The notes under the pieces are model-generated. The model searched no databases. It saw only the letters and a program-made list of their open reading frames with translations, and was not told the DNA's origin. Source: Ktedonobacterales bacterium (lineage in GTDB: Bacteria; Chloroflexota; Ktedonobacteria; Ktedonobacterales; JADMIN01). From it: a stretch of DNA of 32,000 nt. Position 1 is the first letter of the stretch, and the number at the start of each line of letters is the position of its first letter. The stretch spans positions 3,150,001-3,182,000 of the forward strand of contig CP126532.1 of assembly GCA_030167145.1 (NCBI GenBank), given 5' to 3'. A program made the translations under genes and the position numbers. This document shows positions 1 through 8,677 of the stretch, piece after piece.

Positions 1-819
1 CGCTACTACCTCAAGCGCTTCTATTCCTGGTATCCCACCGCCGGCATTCGCCACATGCACAGCATCCTCGCCCACCTCGCCGCTGGCCCCCGTCCACTGC
101 CCGTGCCACGCCCTGTCTTCACCGCATCTGGCGAAAGCTCTGTCGAAGCCGCTGGCTCCTGCTGGGCGCTCTATCACACGCTCGAAGGCCGCTCCACCAC
201 CTCGCAGGACTGGATGTGGGGCCGCCCCAAAGCCGCCGAGATGCTCGCCGAGATGCACCTCAAGCTCGAACGGTTCAAACCCGAAGGCGAGGAGTTCCAG
301 CCCTGGGGCGCCTGGACCCTCGATACCGTAGACCGCGTACTCGAAAGCTGGCAGCCGCATCCCGCTCTGCCACCGGAACTCCTCGCCCACATCCGCGACC
401 GCCTCGCCGCGCGCTACTTTGATTACCTTTATCCCGAACTGCCCAAGTTCGTCGTTCACGGCGACTACATCCCCGCCAACATCCTTTGGCGTAGCGACGC
501 GATCAGTTCATCGGTCAGTGGCGTCCTCGACTTCGAGAAGGCGCACGTAGATACCGCGCTCTTCGACTTCGCCTGGGGCCTGGGCGACCGCCGCCCGCCG
601 CTGCTCCGCGCCACCATCGCCACCTACAGCCGTGTGCGCCCGCTCACCGTGGTCGAACGCGAAGCCGTCACCGAAGCCCTGTTGCTCGGCGCGCTGATGA
701 CCATTGACATGCAAATGACCTACTTCCACAACATGGACGAAGTCGCACGGCTCGCCCAAGATCTGAACTTCATGGTCCGCGACATCGAATCGTTGCGTCG
801 CGTCGCCACCTCCAAATAA
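1..819 (+). CDS. Phosphotransferase-family protein (aminoglycoside/homoserine-kinase-type, APH-like), 5' end outside window
   Basis: Frame 1 is open from nt 1 (RYYLKRFYSWYPTAGIRH...) to TAA at 817-819. It has the kinase-like catalytic loop HGDYIPANILW (HxDxxxxN) and a downstream VLDFEKA (DFG-equivalent) motif, as in the APH/choline-kinase fold. Confidence 0.75.
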   Translation, partial: RYYLKRFYSWYPTAGIRHMHSILAHLAAGPRPLPVPRPVFTASGESSVEAAGSCWALYHTLEGRSTTSQDWMWGRPKAAEMLAEMHLKLERFKPEGEEFQPWGAWTLDTVDRVLESWQPHPALPPELLAHIRDRLAARYFDYLYPELPKFVVHGDYIPANILWRSDAISSSVSGVLDFEKAHVDTALFDFAWGLGDRRPPLLRATIATYSRVRPLTVVEREAVTEALLLGALMTIDMQMTYFHNMDEVARLAQDLNFMVRDIESLRRVATSK

Positions 820-970
820 CAACCCATCGTCCTCGTTCATCCGCCCCATCTCGGCGGTCCCAACGTTCTCATTCGCTCGCGCGGTGGTGAGGCATCCCCC
901 TCGTCACCGCGCTTCCTTTCTTCGGATGCGAGCGCGCCAAATCGCCAGAACGCTACCTCCGCCCTATCTC

Positions 971-999
971 TTGACACACGCTTGCACAGACTCTATACT
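971..999 (+). promoter_or_regulatory. Sigma70-type promoter for the peptidase gene
   Basis: TTGACA (971-976), a 17-nt spacer, then TATACT (994-999). It lies about 70 nt upstream of the SD-preceded GTG at 1072. Confidence 0.6.
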
Positions 1000-1071
1000 G
1001 CTGCCACGCTGCGTCGTTAGCGCGAAAAGCAGCGAATTGTGTTGGCGTTATGATAAGAAAAGGGAGAAGGC

Positions 1072-2253
<1,182 letters not shown>

Positions 2254-2277
2254 TGGCAGAGACAAGGAGACACGAAC

Positions 2278-3123
2278 GTGAATACCTCATCGCAGCCACA
2301 CCGTCTCACGCCAGCGCGTGTGACGAGATTCCTTTTCGCGCTCGGCGCGCTGATCTGCGCGCTCGTCGTCACCGGCGGGGTGGTCGCGGCGACTACTGGC
2401 ATTGGCATGACCCCGCCACGCACCGCTGGCAAAGTCGCAACCAGCGGCCAGGTCGTGCCCGGAAAGAAAGGCTTCTCCCACTGTGGCGATCCTGGCTATC
2501 CCGCCTGCCCGCCTGCCCCATATACCTGGGTTCCGGTGGCTTCAGACTCAGCGGCCGATGTCATTGCGGCGCTGAAGACCGCGCCCGACTACATGACGCC
2601 AGTGGAAGCCTCCAGCGCGAAGGCAGGCAGCAGCTATTCGTTTGATGCGCCGGTCCTCGTTCTGCCTGCGACAACTGGCGGCGGCGAATTCTACAGTCTT
2701 CCCCATTTGATCATGCATGCCGCGATCAATGGGATCCACTATGTAACGTATGATCTGGTCTACGATCCGGCACATCACCGGCTACGCCTCAGCTCAATCG
2801 GTACGGAGTTCCCCACCGACCCACGTTACAATAAACCTTTCCCCTGGTTGCCGGTGACAGCGCAGCAGGCTACTGCTGCCTTGCAGCACACGCGCGGCCT
2901 TGCGATTGCGGCTTCCGCCAAACCGGAACTGGTGTTCTTTGCGCCGCCCGATCCAGCGCCAGGAGTGAACATAAACTGGACTGGTGGCGGAACAGATCCA
3001 GAAGATCCAATGTGGCGCCTCAAAGGTAGTGACGGCCACTATCACTTCGTCGGCAAGGACGGGCACGTCTACGATACTGGTCAACTTCCCGTCTCCGCAA
3101 GCACGACCGTCATCCAATCGTAG
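2278..3123 (+). CDS. Hypothetical membrane-anchored/exported protein
   Basis: GTG start with SD AAGGAGA 7 nt upstream. It has an N-terminal TM/signal anchor (FLFALGALICALVVTGGVVAA) and lies 25 nt after the peptidase stop. No recognisable domain. Confidence 0.55.
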   Translation: MNTSSQPHRLTPARVTRFLFALGALICALVVTGGVVAATTGIGMTPPRTAGKVATSGQVVPGKKGFSHCGDPGYPACPPAPYTWVPVASDSAADVIAALKTAPDYMTPVEASSAKAGSSYSFDAPVLVLPATTGGGEFYSLPHLIMHAAINGIHYVTYDLVYDPAHHRLRLSSIGTEFPTDPRYNKPFPWLPVTAQQATAALQHTRGLAIAASAKPELVFFAPPDPAPGVNINWTGGGTDPEDPMWRLKGSDGHYHFVGKDGHVYDTGQLPVSASTTVIQS

Positions 3124-3297
3124 CACGACAACATTGTAGCGAACACAAGCGGCGTCATACTGCCTTGGATATTCGCCTTGTGTAGAAAGGTCGTGGTGGG
3201 GCCAGTATTCCTGATTTGCCTAATGCATTGGGAATATCCGCCCCATCACTGCACACACCAACTACACAGCCACACCAGTATGATATAGGAGCACGAC

Positions 3298-3807
3298 GTG
3301 ACTCTTGGCATGATCATCGCCCCCTGTCCTGACAGATGGAATCCCAACTGCTACTTCGATCCCGGTCCGCCAGCCGCAACCCCGTATGATCTGCCTCATG
3401 TTGCCACCATCTGCCTGCTCTGTGCCATTGCCTTGGCGGTACTGGCGATCATCGTCTTCTTTGCACTCCGAAAGCGGCGCGGCCTCTGGCAGCGCAAGAG
3501 CGCGTTCTTCATCCTCCTGCTCAGCGCGCTCTCGCTCCTGGTCGCGCAGCGCGCCTGGGCGGCCTATCAGCCGTTCACGTCCGTGCATCTGGCGGAAACA
3601 TGGCAATGGGAGCAGCATTTTGGCGCGGCCTACGACAACAGCATCTTCCCTATGGTGAGCAATTTCCGTGGCCTGATGGTGCTCGATGTGCTGTCCGTCG
3701 CCTTTATCACGCTGATCCTGCTTTACAGAGCGGCAAGAGTGGGTATAGCACGCCTGCGTTCAACCCGCACCAACGCAACACTCACCACTGCACCAGAACA
3801 CACATGA
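3298..3807 (+). CDS. Hypothetical integral membrane protein (about 4 TM segments)
   Basis: GTG start with TAGGAG upstream. It has several hydrophobic stretches (ATICLLCAIALAVLAIIVFFAL, FFILLLSALSLLVA, LMVLDVLSVAFITLILL). Confidence 0.5.
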   Translation: MTLGMIIAPCPDRWNPNCYFDPGPPAATPYDLPHVATICLLCAIALAVLAIIVFFALRKRRGLWQRKSAFFILLLSALSLLVAQRAWAAYQPFTSVHLAETWQWEQHFGAAYDNSIFPMVSNFRGLMVLDVLSVAFITLILLYRAARVGIARLRSTRTNATLTTAPEHT

Positions 3808-4204
3808 CGCGGTCGTGCTATACTGCACTCACGGCCATTGCGGTCGCCTAGAAACGAGCGGCGTATGTTCGCCGGAACGTCTTGCTTCGCTCAGCCTCCC
3901 TGGTAGGTCGTATCCTGCCAGCTAACCCATAATCCTCATCAGAGCCAGCGGCGACACTGGCTTATGTCATCTTATGTGCTGTGCTCCGGCCATTCATGGC
4001 CGAGAGCATATCTGCGCTCCCTTCGCGACACCCCCGACGCCCTCGACGGTGGTTGACCTCGCACACATCCCCACGCTACTCGTCGCGTCTCCATATCGCG
4101 CGCCCATTCAACTCAACGCGCCTCCACATGCCGCGCACGTGCCCCTCCACAGTCTGTTCTTCATTCAACGCCAGCTTGGTAAAGAACAGACTGAGAGGAT
4201 CCTC

Positions 4205-4843
4205 GTGCTATTGGAACGCATCCAGGGCAAACACAGCCTACCCATCGAATCCGCCGCCCTGTTGCGGCAGATCGCCCGCTATGACGACGTGCTCGTTGAC
4301 ATGGGCGCTGGTGATGGCCGCTTCGTATGTCACATGGCGCAAGCGCACCCAGAACACTTCGTCATCGGCATAGACGCCTGCCGCGAGAACCTGCACGCCA
4401 GCTCGCGCCGCGCACCCGACAATGCGCTCTTCCTCATCGCCAACGCCCTTGCGCTGCCGCCCGATCTGGCGAATATCGCCATGCGCCTCACCATCAACTT
4501 TCCGTGGGGCACGCTCCTCACCGGGCTACTCGATGGCGACGCCGCACTTCTCTCCGGTCTGGCGCGGCTCGCTCGCCCAGGCGCTATCCTGGAGCTACAC
4601 CTCAACGGCGACGCGCTGGCCGGCGCTGGCTGGCCGCTCGATGCGGGCGGAGCACGTGTGCGTCAGACCCTCCGCGCGGCGGGCTTCGTCCCTGGTCCGG
4701 CGACCAGCCTGGGCGCGGCAGAGCTACGCGCCCTCCCCACCACCTGGGCGCACCGTCTCGCCTTCGGACGCGACCCCCGCGCGCTCTATCTCGCCGCCGC
4801 GCGTCTCGCCGATGTGGCAAGCCTATCCTCGTTGGTAGGCTAG
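4205..4843 (+). CDS. 16S rRNA (adenine1408-N1)-methyltransferase homolog, NpmA/KamB family (SAM-dependent)
   Basis: Colinear motif match to NpmA as I recall it: VDMGAGDGRF...FVIGIDACRENL (NpmA IDLGTGDGRN...FYIGIDPVKENL), NALFLIANALALPPDL, INFPWGTLL (NpmA ILFPWGTLL), and TWAHRLAFGRDPRALY (NpmA SLWAKRLAFGRKRSFF). The maximal ORF starts at 3974. I prefer the in-frame GTG at 4205, which has the SD GAGAGGA and gives about 212 aa, the family-typical size. Confidence 0.75.
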   Translation: MLLERIQGKHSLPIESAALLRQIARYDDVLVDMGAGDGRFVCHMAQAHPEHFVIGIDACRENLHASSRRAPDNALFLIANALALPPDLANIAMRLTINFPWGTLLTGLLDGDAALLSGLARLARPGAILELHLNGDALAGAGWPLDAGGARVRQTLRAAGFVPGPATSLGAAELRALPTTWAHRLAFGRDPRALYLAAARLADVASLSSLVG

Positions 4844-4853
4844 CCACGTACCT

Positions 4854-4884
4854 GGGGGCAGGGTTACGCCTGCCCCCATTTCTC
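4854..4884 (+). terminator. Putative intrinsic terminator after the methyltransferase gene
   Basis: 9-bp GC stem GGGGGCAGG (4854-4862) / CCTGCCCCC (4869-4877) with a 6-nt loop, followed by a weak T tract (ATTTCTC). Confidence 0.45.
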
Positions 4885-5297
4885 GCAACCAATTTGACGT
4901 ATTGCGCTGCCGCCAGCGCGCTAAACGGTATACGGTAGTGGCGAGGCGGCCAGTGCGCCCACGCTATCATCCACTGACCAGCCCTATCAGGTGCGCGCAT
5001 GCTCTTGTCGCTGGGTGACTCTGCGTGTCCAACTTCAGCGCCGCGCGATTCGTATACCGTACTAAGGTGCCCGCTATGAGGTCATCCAGCCTCATGAATT
5101 CGGATCTCCGGCACAACCATACCGTTGTGGGTCGCTGGTCATCCGCGCATCCATGCACCGCGTGTACCAGGCGCATGTACTAGCCAAGGACACAAGGAGT
5201 TGCCTCCTACGCCACACTGCAATATCATAAGACGCACGTCGGCGTCTATCATCTGAGTGTTCAGCGTGTCTTGAAGCATCTGTAGCGAGGTTTTGTA

Positions 5298-6170
5298 ATG
5301 CTGAAGCGTTCTTCCGTACTTCTCGTACTCGTCTCTCTTCTGTTCTTCGCCGCGTGCGATGCTGCCGTGACGGTTGGCAAATATCCCACTCCCATCCCCA
5401 CTCTGAACGCCCCACAGCGCGCCCAGATGGTCGTGCAATATTGTGTTGATGATACCGGCAGTTATGACCGCGCCTACCTGCATGGAGCCAACAAAGCCGT
5501 CGCCCAGAGCATCATCAATTCAGTGGTTCCCAATAGCCAGGGCCTGACCGTCTACGCCACCGCCATCACCCACAACACCTTCGATCCCACCAATACGCTC
5601 CCGCCGTTCGTCGTCCAGCCGGTCGCTGCGCCGCCTGCCCTTCCCGCGCTCACCCCCACGCCCACCCCCGGCGACTCCGATAGTTTCCACGCTGGCTCCG
5701 TGCGCGACTCCGTAAACAAAGCCAATAGCAGCGTCGTCACCGCCTACAACCAGCAGATGCAGAGCTACCTCGATACTCTCCACGCCGCGCAAAGCCAGAC
5801 CACCAGCGACGTGCAGCGCCTGATCTCGTGGGGGCCAAGCATGGACACCTCAGCCACCAGCATCTGGGGCTGCCTCGGCCTCGCCACCCAGCGCCTGCAA
5901 AATCAGCCAGGAACCAAATACCTCATCATCGCCTCCGATATGCAAAACAACACCTGCGCGGACTGCGACCCCATCAACCTTCAGGGTGTCTCCGTCCACG
6001 TCATCTACTACCAGTCCGCCAACGCCGTCATCGCCAAGAACAACCAGGACTACTGGACGCCGATCTTCACACAGGCCGGGGCCACCAGCGTTCGCTTCGA
6101 TGATCCGCAAACCACGCAGGATCAGATGTCTCACCCCGACGCCACGCTCTTTGGAGGGTCACAACCATGA
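5298..6170 (+). CDS. Putative lipoprotein with VWA-like domain
   Basis: Signal peptide with a lipobox-like LLFFAAC. The motif order resembles a VWA/MIDAS fold: QYCVDDTGSY (DxTxS), TSIWGCLGLA, then KYLIIASDMQNN. The stop overlaps the next gene's start (ATGA at 6167-6170). Confidence 0.45.
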   Translation: MLKRSSVLLVLVSLLFFAACDAAVTVGKYPTPIPTLNAPQRAQMVVQYCVDDTGSYDRAYLHGANKAVAQSIINSVVPNSQGLTVYATAITHNTFDPTNTLPPFVVQPVAAPPALPALTPTPTPGDSDSFHAGSVRDSVNKANSSVVTAYNQQMQSYLDTLHAAQSQTTSDVQRLISWGPSMDTSATSIWGCLGLATQRLQNQPGTKYLIIASDMQNNTCADCDPINLQGVSVHVIYYQSANAVIAKNNQDYWTPIFTQAGATSVRFDDPQTTQDQMSHPDATLFGGSQP

Positions 6171-8656
6171 TCAGACTTCCACACGTTGATCCCTTCACCG
6201 CCATCGTCATCGGCGCGCTCATCATCCTCCTGTTGACGCCGCTCTTCGGCGATACGCTCGGCAGAGCCTTCGAGACCTTCTTCGTCTTCATCGGCGAGAT
6301 ATTCCGCAGCCTCGCCCAGGGCTTCGAGGCAATCAATGCGTGGACCTGGGGTCAAGGCACGAAGCGTATGCAGCGCCACGCCGACTCGCCCGCGCCCACT
6401 CCTGCCCCAGCCGTCCAGCCCGCAACGCAGCCCACCCAAGACGCCGACCCGGCTGACGGCTCGTACAGCTACGACCTCCAGAACGACCCCTATGCCACGC
6501 CGGACCCAACAGGTTCACTAGCGTTTCCAACAACGTCCACAACGCCAGCCGTCAACACCGCTGGCAGCGCCGCAGCGACAACAGCCCCAGACGCCACTAC
6601 TCCCGCTGCTCCGCCGGAACCCGCCCACTGGGGGCCAGAGGCCATCGTCACCGAGTTGATCTATTTCGCGCTGGTTATCGTCGTCGCGCTCGCCGACCTC
6701 GTCTTCTCCGCCGAACGCCTCGCCGTCGTCCTCTTCAACCAGCAGGGCGGCGTCAACTTCGGCCCCCTCAACTTCCTGCGCGACCTCGGCGCTGGCCTCT
6801 CCGGCCTGCTCTTCATTGGCATCGGCGCGCTCACCGGCATGTTGCTGCTTGATTTTCTCGGCGCACTGCCTGGCGGCGTCCACCTCTTCCCCGGCCTCAG
6901 CCCCAGGATGCGCAAAGTCCTGGGCTGGACCTCATTCTTCATGCTACTGCTCACCGTCGCGGCTGGCGCGATGCTCTGGATTCTCGGCCAGACCGTGGTT
7001 GACAACCTCGGCGTGATCTTCCCACCGTTCGAGTACGCCGTTGACGGACTCCTGGCCGTCGTGCTGATCGTCGTGGTTGGCCTGGGCTTCTGGGGTGCGG
7101 TCCGTGGCATCGCCACCATCGGCACCATCTTATTGGTGCTGCTGGGCTTCGTCTTCGTCGTCTTCGCCCATGCGCTAAAGTTGATCGCCCGTTTCTTCGA
7201 GGTCGTGGGCGAGGCCATCAACGACATCTTCGACGCCATCTACCGCCTCTTCCATCACGAGGCTGCCCCCCGGCCCGAAGTCGTGCCCGATAGTCAGCTT
7301 TCCATTGTTGGCGTCGGCCAGCGCGGCAGCGAATTCACCGTCCAGCTTGGCAAAGAAGTTACCAGCCTTGTCGGCCCTCGCAACATGCGTGGCGTCGGCG
7401 TCTACGTCCAGAACAAGAAAGACCACCGCAAGCATCTGAGCGACCTCAAGCGCGCCAGCGTCATCGGCAGCGCCCCCCGCGATACCCAAGATCTCGCCCC
7501 CGATCCCAATCACCCGCACCCATTGAGCAGCATCGCCGATAACATCGAACATGCCTATCGCGACGCGCGTGACACCACTTCCACGCGCCGCCACCTCATC
7601 TGGGTCATTGATCCCAACGAGCGCAACCTCGACCAAACCTACCTCCTCCAAAGCACAGTAGACATGCTCAAAGAGCTACGCGAGAATCCCCGTGTTCCTG
7701 GCCTGGCTGTCACTGTCGTCTGCCTGCTGCCAAGCATGATGGATCAGCGCCTCCTCAACTCTGGCCTATTCGAGCAACTGGCCCAGCTCTCCCACGGCCA
7801 GAGCGACGAACTCATGCCACCGTCCGCCAGCATCCCCCCACAAGATGCGCTGATCGTCAACCCCACGTTCCTGCTTCAGGCCCAGAATCAGTACGTCGGC
7901 GAAATCACCGCGCGCCATCTCTTCGCGCGTAGCCTCGCCGCCAGCCTGACGGCCACGACCCAACCCGGCAACCATGAATTGCTGACCGTGCTCGCCAACG
8001 TTCGCCAGGAAGGCTATCCCTTCGTCGCCATCAGCACCGATTCCGCAGGTGTCGTCGCCAGCAAACCCGACCCGCGTGTCTTCGGTTCCAATGGCGGCAC
8101 GGTCGGCGAGCCACTGCTCAGCAGCGCCGAGCGCAACACGCAGACGCTCGCCAAACGCCTATTCAACGGCGAGGGCGCTGCCAGTGTCCAGGTCAAGCCC
8201 AACCAGGACTCGAATGCGCTCATCGCCGCCCTCTGCATCGCGCCCTTTGGCAACAGCGCCAACGCGGCGCAATATCGCAACACCATGACCCGCTGGTTCA
8301 ACGACGGCAGCCATGCAGTTCCCTTGGTCAGTGTTGTGGCCGGCCCGCGCTATGAAGGTGTGAACATCACCAGCGAGCATCCCAAAACCTTCGGCGGGCG
8401 CTACTGCCAGGTGGCCTTCATCTATGGCGTCGAGAACATCAATGCCGCGCTCGACGCCCCCGACACCGCCAGCGCCTTCGCCACCAGCGCGCGTGCCAGC
8501 GGAACGGGCGTCAACAGCTTCCAGGTCGCCAGCGCCAGCCACACGTCACCAGATGATCCCACCGTGGACAGCCGCATTCGCTGGTCATCATTCATTGACG
8601 CCGACGGGACGTCATCACCCACCAACACATTGCCACCGGGGCAGCGCTTCGTCTAG
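6167..8656 (+). CDS. Large polytopic membrane protein with Pro/Thr/Ala-rich linker and C-terminal cytoplasmic FtsZ/tubulin-like (degenerate) domain
   Basis: Translationally coupled ATG. It has about 6 TM segments and a low-complexity PAPTPAPAVQPATQP...TTAPDATTPAAPP region. The C-terminal roughly 450 aa carry LSIVGVGQRGSEF, HLIWVIDPNERNLDQT, AVTVVCLLPSMMDQ and DALIVNPTFLL, in the order of FtsZ strands b1/T1, b4/T4, b5/T5 and b6. There is no GGGTG(S/T)G signature. Confidence 0.6.
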   Translation: MIRLPHVDPFTAIVIGALIILLLTPLFGDTLGRAFETFFVFIGEIFRSLAQGFEAINAWTWGQGTKRMQRHADSPAPTPAPAVQPATQPTQDADPADGSYSYDLQNDPYATPDPTGSLAFPTTSTTPAVNTAGSAAATTAPDATTPAAPPEPAHWGPEAIVTELIYFALVIVVALADLVFSAERLAVVLFNQQGGVNFGPLNFLRDLGAGLSGLLFIGIGALTGMLLLDFLGALPGGVHLFPGLSPRMRKVLGWTSFFMLLLTVAAGAMLWILGQTVVDNLGVIFPPFEYAVDGLLAVVLIVVVGLGFWGAVRGIATIGTILLVLLGFVFVVFAHALKLIARFFEVVGEAINDIFDAIYRLFHHEAAPRPEVVPDSQLSIVGVGQRGSEFTVQLGKEVTSLVGPRNMRGVGVYVQNKKDHRKHLSDLKRASVIGSAPRDTQDLAPDPNHPHPLSSIADNIEHAYRDARDTTSTRRHLIWVIDPNERNLDQTYLLQSTVDMLKELRENPRVPGLAVTVVCLLPSMMDQRLLNSGLFEQLAQLSHGQSDELMPPSASIPPQDALIVNPTFLLQAQNQYVGEITARHLFARSLAASLTATTQPGNHELLTVLANVRQEGYPFVAISTDSAGVVASKPDPRVFGSNGGTVGEPLLSSAERNTQTLAKRLFNGEGAASVQVKPNQDSNALIAALCIAPFGNSANAAQYRNTMTRWFNDGSHAVPLVSVVAGPRYEGVNITSEHPKTFGGRYCQVAFIYGVENINAALDAPDTASAFATSARASGTGVNSFQVASASHTSPDDPTVDSRIRWSSFIDADGTSSPTNTLPPGQRFV

Positions 8657-8677
8657 TCGCTGGAAGGAGGATGCGCC

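Noticed and set aside
3974-4204. 77-codon N-terminal extension of the methyltransferase ORF
   Set aside because: Family members are about 215 aa and begin about 25 residues before the GxGDG loop. The extension is Pro/His/Ala-rich and lacks an SD, whereas the GTG at 4205 has GAGAGGA upstream. It is kept as an alternative only.
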